40,272 nucleotides of DNA from Elusimicrobiota bacterium (GTDB lineage: Bacteria > Elusimicrobiota > Elusimicrobia > 2-01-FULL-59-12), in NCBI GenBank assembly GCA_031364865.1, contig JANLWZ010000246.1, positions 1-40,272 on the forward strand. Direction: 5' to 3'. Position 1 is the stretch's first letter. Each line of letters opens with the position of its first letter. Below the pieces are notes generated by a model, which was not told where the DNA came from, made no database searches, and was given only the letters and a program-made list of their open reading frames with translations. Of this stretch, positions 24,059 to 32,160 are shown piece by piece. Both the position numbers and the translations under genes were made by a program.

Positions 24059-24192
24059 TTGTTCACCTCTTTCGCCTTGAGTATAGCCCTCAGAGCCTCT
24101 CTCGCCTCATAGAGCGAGGGATAAGTTGAGATCAAGACGCGAACGTCTTGGATCAAGTAGTATACGCTTCGACCTTCAATGATATATGTCAT
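24055..24192 (-). CDS. small hypothetical protein, first gene of the early leftward operon
   Basis: 45 aa from ATG 24192 (MTYIIEG) with GGAG 6 nt upstream. In-frame alternative starts at 24204 and 24345 would run through promoter-like repeats. Confidence 0.5.
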   Translation of the reverse strand: MTYIIEGRSVYYLIQDVRVLISTYPSLYEAREALRAILKAKEVNK

Positions 24193-24215
24193 TGTATTCT
24201 CCATGCAGAATACTA

Positions 24216-24234
24216 TTGCAAGCACGCGGCCAAA
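24216..24234 (-). promoter_or_regulatory. sigma-54-type motif L1 (minus strand TTTGGCCG-CGTGC-TTGCAA)
   Basis: Correct GG-N10-GC spacing. The ATG at 24204 starts 14 nt after the -12 C. Confidence 0.5.
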
Positions 24235-24310
24235 GCGCCACGCACGGCGAATTGTGAAAAGGTGTCTAATTCCACGGCTTTGCCTGAAAGATATACAGTT
24301 TAGGGCTTTG

Positions 24311-24329
24311 TTGCAACTCTCATGCCAAT
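24311..24329 (-). promoter_or_regulatory. sigma-54-type motif L2 (minus strand ATTGGCAT-GAGAG-TTGCAA)
   Basis: TGGCAT-N5-TTGCA. Confidence 0.5.
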
Positions 24330-24359
24330 TTTCGGAAAGATACATATGATATTTTTTTC

Positions 24360-24378
24360 TTGCAAGGCCCGTGCCAAC
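24360..24378 (-). promoter_or_regulatory. sigma-54-type motif L3 (minus strand GTTGGCACGGGCCTTGCAA)
   Basis: Perfect TGGCACG-N4-TTGCA. Confidence 0.6.
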
Positions 24379-24427
24379 GTATTATCATGCAATTATCGGA
24401 CCACGCACTGGCCCCGCGATTGCATTA

Positions 24428-24446
24428 TTGCAAGAATCATGCCAAT
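24428..24446 (-). promoter_or_regulatory. sigma-54-type motif L4 (minus strand ATTGGCAT-GATTC-TTGCAA)
   Basis: TGGCAT-N5-TTGCA. Confidence 0.5.
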
Positions 24447-24464
24447 GCTCGTGTGTGTTCTCTC

Positions 24465-24483
24465 TTGCAAGATACGTGCCAAA
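24465..24483 (-). promoter_or_regulatory. sigma-54-type motif L5 (minus strand TTTGGCACGTATCTTGCAA)
   Basis: Perfect TGGCACG-N4-TTGCA. Confidence 0.6.
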
Positions 24484-24487
24484 CCAA

Positions 24488-24505
24488 GTGGCACAATCTT
24501 TGCAG
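24488..24505 (+). promoter_or_regulatory. sigma-54-type motif R1, rightward (GTGGCAC-AATCT-TTGCAG)
   Basis: Perfect TGGCAC-N5-TTGCA on the plus strand, about 115 nt upstream of the first late-arm ATG (24617). Back-to-back with L5. Confidence 0.6.
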
Positions 24506-24511
24506 GGGGAC

Positions 24512-24533
24512 TGTTCAATCAAACGTTTGAACA
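24512..24533 (+). other. 7-bp inverted repeat TGTTCAA-N8-TTGAACA at the predicted 5' end of the late transcript
   Basis: Read directly from the sequence: arms at 24512-18 and 24527-33. Confidence 0.6.
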
Positions 24534-24547
24534 ACCGATCACCGGAA

Positions 24548-24567
24548 GGGGGGTGGGGGTGGGTGGG
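24548..24567 (+). other. G-quadruplex-forming motif GGGGGGTGGGGGTGGGTGGG
   Basis: Four G-tracts of at least 3 G separated by single T loops, on the sense strand of the late-arm leader. Confidence 0.7.
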
Positions 24568-24616
24568 CGTTTAATGCACAATCTGTGACCAAAACCATTT
24601 TTTGGAAAGAGTAACT

Positions 24617-24997
24617 ATGCGAAAGTATTTAAGAAACATCTTCGCCGCTCTAAAGGCCCCCTTCATGGATGCCCGCAGAGAGGAAGTAGAGAATCTCGCA
24701 AAGACTATGAATAAACACGGCATTCGCTTCCTTCGCATCGGCCACATGGAGATACGCATCGCTCCTGCTGCGACCGCTTCGCGGGAAAACGGCGAAGGCG
24801 TTCAAGAGCTGGTCGTGCCCTTCGAGGATTTGGCCCTCCCGCCCTCTATGCGCCCCGCCACGCGCTCCGAAGCCCTTCCCCACCCCGCAGGCCTACCCTA
24901 CATGGGCGAACCCGCCATTAAGACCGACCCAGCGGAAACGGAAGACGAGCTGCTTTTCTGGTCCTCAGAGGACGACATGCCAAAGGACTCTAAATAG
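24617..24997 (+). CDS. hypothetical protein, first gene of the late arm
   Basis: 126 aa from ATG 24617 (AAGAG upstream). The track start at 24602 is a TTG. Confidence 0.55.
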   Translation: MRKYLRNIFAALKAPFMDARREEVENLAKTMNKHGIRFLRIGHMEIRIAPAATASRENGEGVQELVVPFEDLALPPSMRPATRSEALPHPAGLPYMGEPAIKTDPAETEDELLFWSSEDDMPKDSK

Positions 24998-24999
24998 AG

Positions 25000-26802
25000 A
25001 TGAGTAAACAAGTGCAACTTACGCCTTGGTGGGAAGACGAAAAGAATTCACACTCCGGCATTCAAGCCATTCTGGAGAACCTCCAGTACTCGCAGAGCGT
25101 TCGCTCCGCCGCTAACCTCCGTTACGCTCGCCTCTATGGCAACTTGGACATCTACGGTCTGGCCCCATATCAATACTTCCGCACCGTATCCCAAACAAGT
25201 GACGCTCTGCGAGGCGGTTCCCGCCTAACCTTCAACGTAATCAAAAGCGTGGTCGACACCGTCGGCTCGAAGATCGCCAAACACAAGCCGCGACCCCTCT
25301 TCCTCACGAACGACGGCGATTGGTCTCTCCAGCAGCGCGCCAAACGCTTGAACCGCTTCGTCCAAGGCGTCTTTTACGAAACGGACGCCTACGGCAAAGG
25401 ACAGACCGCCTTCAGAGACGCGGGCATTTTCGGAACCGGCATCCTGAAGGTCTACATCAAGGACGCTCGTCTCTGCATCGAGCGTATCATCCCCGAGGAA
25501 CTCATCGTTGACGCGAGCGAGAGCGTCTACGGCAAGCCCCGCTCCTACTACCAGGTCAAGCACGTTGACCGCCAAGTCCTCCTCCGCATGTTCCCGGACC
25601 ACGAAGGCGCAATCCGCTCCGTTAGGAACACGAGCGAACAGGGCGCCGAGTCGCAGCTTACCTCCGACATGATCAAGGTCACCGAAGCATGGCACTTACC
25701 TTCGGACAAGAAGGCAAAAGATGGCCGACACGTCATAGCTATCGAGAATGATACGCTTTTTAGCGAAGAATACAAACGTGAAGTGCCGCCCTTCATCATT
25801 TACCATTGGACGCCTCCGGTCTTGGGCTTCTACGGAACGGGGTTGGCCGAAGAATTGATCGGCATCCAACTAGAGATCAACAAACTGCTCCGCCAAATTC
25901 AGCTTTCGCATCACCTTCTCTCGACACCGAAGGTCCTCCTAGAGAATGGCTCCAAGATTGTCTCCGCGCACATCAACAACGAAATCGGCGCAATCATCAA
26001 GTACACCGGAACGCCTCCACAGATCGTGGCCTTCCAGACGGTTCACCCAGAGATTTACCTTCACCTCGAACGACTCTATGCTAGAGCATACGAGATCGCC
26101 GGAGTGTCGGCGTTAAGCGCTCAGGCCAAAAAGCCCAGTGGGCTGGACTCAGGTCGAGCGCTTCGAGAATTCAGTGACATCGAGAGTGAGCGCTTCGCCA
26201 TTCAGCAACAGCGCTACGAAGAATTCTACATGGAGCTTTCGCGTCACATCATCGAACTCTCGCGCGAGATCGTAAAAGAACATGGCGGCTTCCGCGTGAA
26301 GGCCCCCAACAAAAAACTGATTGATGAAATCGACTTCAAGGAAGTTAGCCTAGAGGACAGCTCCTACATCCTCCAATGCTTCCCCACAAATTTCCTTCCC
26401 GCGACTCCCGCCGGAAGATTGCAATCGGTCCAAGAGCTGATGACCGCAGGCCTCATCTCCCCCTCGATGGGACTTGCCCTTCTGGACTTCCCTGACCTTG
26501 AAGGCGCGATGAGCCTTGCCAACGCGAACTACAATATTGTGATGTCGTCGCTTGAGAACATCATAGAGAAGGGCGTGTACGAAGCGCCCGAACCCTACAT
26601 GGATCTCTTGACGACCAAAATGCTTTCTCAAATGTTCTACTTAGACGCCAAGAGCAACAAGGTGGACGAGGATAAGCTTGAGCTTCTCCGCCGCTACGTT
26701 GATGCAACCGTGGCGCTCATCAATAAGGCAACTCCACCGACTCCGGTCGGAGCGCCTGCCATGCCAGCAATGCCTACAGGAGGTCCATCAGATGTCGGAT
26801 AG
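25000..26802 (+). CDS. portal (head-to-tail connector) protein
   Basis: 600 aa. Size and position immediately upstream of scaffold and major capsid. No single diagnostic motif read. Confidence 0.7.
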   Translation: MSKQVQLTPWWEDEKNSHSGIQAILENLQYSQSVRSAANLRYARLYGNLDIYGLAPYQYFRTVSQTSDALRGGSRLTFNVIKSVVDTVGSKIAKHKPRPLFLTNDGDWSLQQRAKRLNRFVQGVFYETDAYGKGQTAFRDAGIFGTGILKVYIKDARLCIERIIPEELIVDASESVYGKPRSYYQVKHVDRQVLLRMFPDHEGAIRSVRNTSEQGAESQLTSDMIKVTEAWHLPSDKKAKDGRHVIAIENDTLFSEEYKREVPPFIIYHWTPPVLGFYGTGLAEELIGIQLEINKLLRQIQLSHHLLSTPKVLLENGSKIVSAHINNEIGAIIKYTGTPPQIVAFQTVHPEIYLHLERLYARAYEIAGVSALSAQAKKPSGLDSGRALREFSDIESERFAIQQQRYEEFYMELSRHIIELSREIVKEHGGFRVKAPNKKLIDEIDFKEVSLEDSSYILQCFPTNFLPATPAGRLQSVQELMTAGLISPSMGLALLDFPDLEGAMSLANANYNIVMSSLENIIEKGVYEAPEPYMDLLTTKMLSQMFYLDAKSNKVDEDKLELLRRYVDATVALINKATPPTPVGAPAMPAMPTGGPSDVG

Positions 26803-27655
26803 CGCCAGCGCAGCCCTTGGAACAACCCAGGTTCAGCAAAACCCAACAACCGCTGTCGCGGGAATGCCCGCTACAGGGACTCCAACGCCTCCGGCGGATG
26901 GGCAGAAGCCACAAGAGACGGCTGCGCCAATAATCGAGGCGCCAAAAGCCGACCCGCTAGCACCCAAATTCGCAGCACTCACACGCAAAGAGCGCGACAT
27001 TCAGCGGAGAGAGAAAGAGCTTGAGACCAAAGAAGCGGAAATCCGCGAAAGCGCCAAGCGCAAGGCCTCAGAGAACCCGCTCGAAGCCCTGAAGGAAATG
27101 GGCCTCTCTTACGACCAGATCACGGACTACCTGCTGAAGCAGGGCAAGCCGGACAACGAGCGGAAGCTCGCGAAGGTCGAAGAGGAGATGGAGAATTGGA
27201 AAAAAGAGCAGCAGCAGCGCGAAGCCAATGCTCAGCGTCAGCGAGAAGAGACGGCCATTGCCTCCTTCAAGCAAGACATCAAAAAATTTGTTTCTGAGAA
27301 TGCCGAGACGTTCGGCCTCGTTTCTGAAAGCCAGTCCCATGAACTGGTTTACTCGACCATCGACGCGATTTACGCGAAGACTGGAAAACTGGTACCAATC
27401 GAGGAAGCAACGAAGCTGGTTGAGGCACACTTAGAAGCTGAAGTAGACAAGATAGCATCTTACAAAAAGGTGCAGCAGCGGCTTGCTAAAAAGCCGTCCC
27501 AAGAAACGCAGGTGGGTGAACCGGCGGCGAAGACAGAAACCCCGACCCTAACAAACGATCTCGGTGTAAAAGCTACGATTGCCCGCGCTACGTCACACAC
27601 GGAACAATCAGAGTTTGAAGCTGCGGTCCGCATGTTAAAGACGGCAAAGCAATAA
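26792..27655 (+). CDS. scaffolding protein
   Basis: ATG 26792 after AGGAGG, overlapping the portal stop. 287 aa, highly charged Lys/Glu/Gln-rich helical sequence between portal and capsid. Confidence 0.7.
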   Translation: MSDSASAALGTTQVQQNPTTAVAGMPATGTPTPPADGQKPQETAAPIIEAPKADPLAPKFAALTRKERDIQRREKELETKEAEIRESAKRKASENPLEALKEMGLSYDQITDYLLKQGKPDNERKLAKVEEEMENWKKEQQQREANAQRQREETAIASFKQDIKKFVSENAETFGLVSESQSHELVYSTIDAIYAKTGKLVPIEEATKLVEAHLEAEVDKIASYKKVQQRLAKKPSQETQVGEPAAKTETPTLTNDLGVKATIARATSHTEQSEFEAAVRMLKTAKQ

Positions 27656-27657
27656 CC

Positions 27658-27681
27658 TTGACTGGAATGGTTCCAAGTCAA
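27658..27681 (+). other. intercistronic hairpin between the scaffold and capsid genes
   Basis: TTGACTGGAA-TGG-TTCCAAGTCAA: a 10-bp stem with one bulged A. No T-tract follows. Confidence 0.5.
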
Positions 27682-27711
27682 AATTGCTTTCCTAACAAGG
27701 ATTAAAAACAA

Positions 27712-28932
27712 ATGGCTCTAGATCTCACATCCTTTAGTGCAGCGCTGAAAACGCTGTACACGGATAGAAAGATCAACGACCTCGTCTATAAAGACAACGC
27801 CCTTTTGGCAATCATGCCGAAGATGGAGCGTTTCTCAGGCGAGAACTACAAAGTTCCGTTGATCTATGGCAATCCCCAGGCCCGTTCTGCGTCGTTCTCC
27901 AACGCGCAGTCACAGGTCTCCTCGGCTAACTCGAAGCTGAAGGCCTTCCTCTTGACTCGCGACCGGGATTACTCCCTCGCGCAGATCTCGAACGAAGTGC
28001 TCAAAGCATCCGAGAGCGACATGGGCGCGTTTCTCCGCGCTGCTCAGGTGGAAATCGACGGCGCGATGCATAGCATCGTCCGCTCGCTCGCCATCTCCAT
28101 GTTCCGCAGTGGCTCTGGCTCGATTGGTCGCCTCGACCCGACGACGGTCCTCGCCTCCACGAACCTCCAGCTCACGAACGCTGATGACGTGACCAACTTC
28201 GAAGTTGGCCAGGTCCTCGTGGCGTCCGTTGCTGATGGTGGTGGTGCGGTGAAGGCCGGATCGTTGACCGTGGTTGCGGTTAACCGCATCACCGGTGTCG
28301 TGACGATGAGCGTTGCGCTGACGACGGGTATCCCGACGATTGGCTTCAACGACTACATCTTCGCGCAGGGCGATTACGACTCGAAGGTGAAGGGTCTTCA
28401 GGCTTGGCTGCCTTATGGCGGTCCGTCTGCTACCCCGTTCTTCGGAGTAGACCGTACTGCTGATGCGACCCGTTTGGGCGGCATTTGGCAGGATGGTTCA
28501 GCGAAGCCCGTCGAAGAGGCTCTGATCGATCTCGCGAGCTTGATTGCTCGTGAAGGTGGACGGCCTGACGTGTGCATCATGAACTATCAGGACTACGCGA
28601 ATCTGGAAAAGGCGTTGGGCTCCAAGGTGATCTATGACACCATGGAAGCTTACAACATGCCGCAAATCGGCTTCAAGGTGATTAAGATCGCCGGACCGAA
28701 AGGCGACATCAAAGTTGTGGCCGACCAGAACTGCCCAAGTGGGTTCGCGTACATGCTCCAGCTCAATACGTGGGAATTGGCTTCGCTTGGAAAAGCGCCG
28801 AGCCTCTTCAACACGGATGGCTTGGACATGCTCCGTAATCCGACGAGCGATTCGCTCGATATCCGCATCTATTACTATGCGCAGGTATCGTGCAACGCGC
28901 CCGGATTCAACGGTGTCGTGAAGCTCCGCTAG
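27712..28932 (+). CDS. major capsid protein
   Basis: 406 aa with AAGGA SD. Follows the scaffold and is followed by the strongest terminator in the window. Composition is typical of HK97-fold coat proteins. Confidence 0.8.
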   Translation: MALDLTSFSAALKTLYTDRKINDLVYKDNALLAIMPKMERFSGENYKVPLIYGNPQARSASFSNAQSQVSSANSKLKAFLLTRDRDYSLAQISNEVLKASESDMGAFLRAAQVEIDGAMHSIVRSLAISMFRSGSGSIGRLDPTTVLASTNLQLTNADDVTNFEVGQVLVASVADGGGAVKAGSLTVVAVNRITGVVTMSVALTTGIPTIGFNDYIFAQGDYDSKVKGLQAWLPYGGPSATPFFGVDRTADATRLGGIWQDGSAKPVEEALIDLASLIAREGGRPDVCIMNYQDYANLEKALGSKVIYDTMEAYNMPQIGFKVIKIAGPKGDIKVVADQNCPSGFAYMLQLNTWELASLGKAPSLFNTDGLDMLRNPTSDSLDIRIYYYAQVSCNAPGFNGVVKLR

Positions 28933-28942
28933 TATCTATGGT

Positions 28943-28975
28943 GGGGGAGGGAATTGTTTCCTCCCCCGCTTTTTA
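28943..28975 (+). terminator. rho-independent terminator after the capsid gene
   Basis: GGGGGAGGGAA-TTG-TTTCCTCCCCC: an 8 GC-rich bp stem extended by G-U/A-U pairs, followed by GCTTTTT. Confidence 0.8.
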
Positions 28976-29033
28976 AAAACATTAGAGACTTGGCACAGCG
29001 TGCCTATAAGTCTGATGAAAGAAGTAATTTTTT

Positions 29034-29384
29034 ATGGCCAATCGCGATTTTAAGACAGTACAGGCTCTCAATCGAGAAGTAAAAGTTATTAGCGCTCGCG
29101 CTACCCTCTCGGGCGTTTCGGCGCCGGTTATGGTAGACGGACTCGGCGTGACGATTACTCGTCTCGGAACCGGACAGTACCGGGCAACAACCGACAAGTT
29201 TAATGGTCTTCTCAGCGTGAAGCTGACGATCCACTCGTCTGCTCCCCAGGCTCGCTGGCTCCAGTGCGGCGACCATACGAGCAGCACAGTAGACTTTCGC
29301 TGCATCGACGGTGCAGGCGCGGAAACTGATCTCACGGCTGCCGTTTCCATCGAGATGACCGTCCGCAATTCGACCGTAAAGTAA
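29034..29384 (+). CDS. hypothetical virion protein (possible capsid decoration / minor head protein by position)
   Basis: 116 aa, beta-rich composition, immediately after the capsid terminator. Confidence 0.5.
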   Translation: MANRDFKTVQALNREVKVISARATLSGVSAPVMVDGLGVTITRLGTGQYRATTDKFNGLLSVKLTIHSSAPQARWLQCGDHTSSTVDFRCIDGAGAETDLTAAVSIEMTVRNSTVK

Positions 29385-29431
29385 GGTTATAGCCTTAAAG
29401 CTATAGCCCGACTTTCAGGTTATAGCCTTAA
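29384..29431 (+). repeat. two 15-bp direct repeats AGGTTATAGCCTTAA (29384-98 and 29417-31) with embedded palindromes
   Basis: Read directly. TATAGC-N6-GCTATA and GCCTTAAGGC palindromes lie in the 75-bp intergenic gap. Confidence 0.8.
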
Positions 29432-29459
29432 GGCAATAGAATTTAGTAGGAGAAGCCCA

Positions 29460-29714
29460 ATGCTCTTAGGCAAAGCACCAGCAGAAATGGCAAAAGCCAT
29501 CGCAGAAAAATATGAAGCACCAAGTGAGCCGCAGGGCATTGGGCATACTCCGACACAGGAACCCGAAGGAATGGACCCCTTCGAGATGGGCGAGCAATCG
29601 GCTGCCGAAGAAATGATGAGCGCCATCCAAAATGGCGACCACACGCTTTTCCGCTCCTCGCTCGACAGCTATCTCGAAATGAAGGGCCTAGAACTTCGAC
29701 GTAAGGAGAAGTAA
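29460..29714 (+). CDS. hypothetical acidic protein
   Basis: 84 aa with AGGAG SD. Confidence 0.55.
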   Translation: MLLGKAPAEMAKAIAEKYEAPSEPQGIGHTPTQEPEGMDPFEMGEQSAAEEMMSAIQNGDHTLFRSSLDSYLEMKGLELRRKEK

Positions 29715-29719
29715 GGCAA

Positions 29720-30400
29720 ATGGCCTCTTCCGTAACATTGCAGTTTCTCCGCGACCAATCCCGCGCACGAGCGGACATGGAGCAGAGCGGCTTTATTTCT
29801 GAGGCCGAGCTTGATGCTTACATCAATTCAGGCGCGCAGGAACTCTACGATCTCTTAACCACAAAGTTTGAGGACTATTACCTGACAGATGTGGAACTTC
29901 CTGCCGTTGGTCCTGATTACGTAATTGACGTACCTGCCGATTTCTATAAGCTGCGCGGCGTAGACGTACAGGTTAGTGATGGAACGTGGGCGACCGCCAT
30001 GCCCTTCACCTTCCAAGAGCGCAATCGCCTTCAGAACCCGCTCATCTATCCACAGGCCGAACAAACAACGGTCATGTACCGCCTTCGAGGCAATAAAATC
30101 CAATTTCTGGGCAATACCGGAAGCCCCATGAACGTGCGGCTCTGGTACGTGCCGATTTTTGAGAAGCTTGTCGCGGGAACGGACGAGATTGACGGCGTGA
30201 ATGGTTGGGAAGAGTACATCATTCTTGATACGGCCATCAAAATGCTTGCAAAAGAAGAGAGCGACCCACGCGTACTGATGGCCCAGAAGGCCGCCATGCG
30301 CCAGCGGATCGAAGACACTGCTGCAAATCGCGATGCCGGGTCTCCTGAGCGGGCGACGGATGTTTCCGTCAACCCCTTCGGCCCCTTCCAGAGGTTTTAG
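29720..30400 (+). CDS. head-tail adaptor / tail tubular protein A-like (positional call)
   Basis: 226 aa with AAGGAG SD. Position between the head genes and the large tail proteins. Confidence 0.4.
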   Translation: MASSVTLQFLRDQSRARADMEQSGFISEAELDAYINSGAQELYDLLTTKFEDYYLTDVELPAVGPDYVIDVPADFYKLRGVDVQVSDGTWATAMPFTFQERNRLQNPLIYPQAEQTTVMYRLRGNKIQFLGNTGSPMNVRLWYVPIFEKLVAGTDEIDGVNGWEEYIILDTAIKMLAKEESDPRVLMAQKAAMRQRIEDTAANRDAGSPERATDVSVNPFGPFQRF

Positions 30401-30402
30401 GC

Positions 30403-30714
30403 GTGCCCATCACACCCTTCAAAAAGATTTACACCGAGGATCAGCAGCTAACCGACGTGCAAGGCAACATCGAGAGCACGGTCCGTGGAGTCATTCTCTG
30501 TCCGCTTCTTGACGGAGTACTCCTGCAAGGCGTACCGCTTATCGCCGGACAGCCAAACGTGGTTTCGCACCAGTTGCAACGTAGCTTCCGAGGCTTCATC
30601 GTGGTCGACAACTTGGCAAATACAAACATCTGGCGACAAGTCGACACGACGCCAGGACTAACATTAACGCTTCTTTGTAGTGTGAGCACTACAGTTTCAC
30701 TTTACGTTTTTTAG
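30403..30714 (+). CDS. hypothetical virion protein
   Basis: 103 aa, GTG start, beta-rich. Confidence 0.45.
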   Translation: MPITPFKKIYTEDQQLTDVQGNIESTVRGVILCPLLDGVLLQGVPLIAGQPNVVSHQLQRSFRGFIVVDNLANTNIWRQVDTTPGLTLTLLCSVSTTVSLYVF

Positions 30715-30732
30715 ACACGGAGCAGTTTCTCT

Positions 30733-32154
30733 ATGCCACTCACACCGAACATGGGGCTTCTTGAATCAACGCCGCTGGTCACGCTAGGACCGCTTTGGGC
30801 GCAGAACATCGAGGACTCGCTCCTCCTCATCGACGCCCACGACCACTCTTCTGGCAAAGGCCTTCAGATTTCTCCTCCAGGCCTGAACATCAATTCGGAA
30901 CTGAGCTTTCAGTCGCAGGTCGCCTCAAATCTGTTCTCCACCAAATATATTTCGCAGGGCGCCTCTCTTCCGGGCACAGAACAGCGCGCTCTTTATGCGG
31001 TCGGAAACGAGCTGTATTTTAATGATGGAGCGGGGACTCCAGTTCAAATTACGGCAGGCGGCAGTGTCAACGTCTCTGGTGTCGGTGGTATCTCTGGCAT
31101 GGGAGCCACAACGGCTGCCGTCACGTATTACGATTTCATCAAGACCTTTGTCTTCACACAGAACGCGGGCATCACTGCAAGCGTCGATCACGGTCCGCTA
31201 ACGATCCGCGAAAACATTTTTGGCGCGCAGGGCATCACCCTTCAGAGCCCGGCAGCCCTAGCATCGAGCTACTCCATCACGATGCTCCCCTCGCTCCCGC
31301 TGACCACGCAACCGATTCGCATCTCCCCCACAGGAGTTCTTAGCGCAGCCTCGTTAGACGGCAGTATGCTTGTCTCCGGCATCACGCTTTCCGGCACGGT
31401 TTCGGTTGGTGCGCTGACTTCGGCAGGCGCCGTCACAATCAACGGCGGAGGGCTCGATGTCAACGTCGGTGGCATTAACGTAGATGCTGGCGGCATTCTC
31501 GTTAACGCGGGCGGTATCCAGGTTGCGAGTGGCGGTGGAAATATTGCAACCACGAACACTAACATTGTGGTAGGAAATTCCGCAAATTATTTCGTCGGAG
31601 ACCGTTGGGCGAGCCTCTTTGATGGTAGTTGGTTCGCAAACTACGAAATCTCTGGTGCAGCGGGACGTCTTCTAACCGTAAGAAGCAACGCCATCAATGT
31701 GGGAATAGGCTTCCGTTCTACCGGCATCTTTAGCCCAGTAGCCCTTGCCCACGGAGATACTTATGGACAAGATACCCTATCTCTAGTTAACCTTGTCACA
31801 AACCGCGTCTTCCCACTCGCGGTCTCTGGTGGTAGTTCGATTGTTTCGCTTTGTATCCTGAACGGCTCAAACAATGGGGCTGCTGTCATCTCGAACAGCA
31901 CTGGAGGAGTGACTTGTGCCTTGGGTGGGGCAGGCGTCTATAACTATACTTTTACGACACCTTTCTTGCAACCGCCTTCCATCGCAATCACTATTGACTC
32001 TGCCACAAACACTACCTGGACATACAAGGTCACGGGCCTTACTACTGCAGGCTGTACTATAACGACGGCAAACACGCCAAACGGCGGCGGAGTCGTTTGG
32101 ACCGCTACACCCGTAGCACACGTCTTCACTTTTATCGGAAAGAAGCCCGCCTAG
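30733..32154 (+). CDS. tail fibre / tail spike-like protein
   Basis: 473 aa. The N-terminal LIDAHDHSSGKG..I....LNIN..L.F segment resembles conserved phage fibre N-domains. Internal GG-x-V repeats (INGGGLDVNVGGINVDAGGILVNAGGIQVASGGGNI). Confidence 0.6.
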   Translation: MPLTPNMGLLESTPLVTLGPLWAQNIEDSLLLIDAHDHSSGKGLQISPPGLNINSELSFQSQVASNLFSTKYISQGASLPGTEQRALYAVGNELYFNDGAGTPVQITAGGSVNVSGVGGISGMGATTAAVTYYDFIKTFVFTQNAGITASVDHGPLTIRENIFGAQGITLQSPAALASSYSITMLPSLPLTTQPIRISPTGVLSAASLDGSMLVSGITLSGTVSVGALTSAGAVTINGGGLDVNVGGINVDAGGILVNAGGIQVASGGGNIATTNTNIVVGNSANYFVGDRWASLFDGSWFANYEISGAAGRLLTVRSNAINVGIGFRSTGIFSPVALAHGDTYGQDTLSLVNLVTNRVFPLAVSGGSSIVSLCILNGSNNGAAVISNSTGGVTCALGGAGVYNYTFTTPFLQPPSIAITIDSATNTTWTYKVTGLTTAGCTITTANTPNGGGVVWTATPVAHVFTFIGKKPA

Positions 32155-32160
32155 AAAACC

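Noticed and set aside
20579-24483. Possible CRISPR arrays, given the repeated short motifs and a Cas4-like gene at 10865..11749.
   Set aside because: The repeats are only 8-19 bp, irregularly spaced (37-95 bp and less) and partly inverted. No other cas genes are present. The Cas4-like protein fits a phage recombination exonuclease next to an SSB-like gene.
28991-29004. TTGGCACAGCGTGCC after the capsid terminator looked like a -24 element.
   Set aside because: No GC lies at the required +12 spacing. It is simply a GGCAC-AGC-GTGCC palindrome. A weak sigma-70-like TTAGAG-N17-TATAAG overlaps it but is unconvincing.
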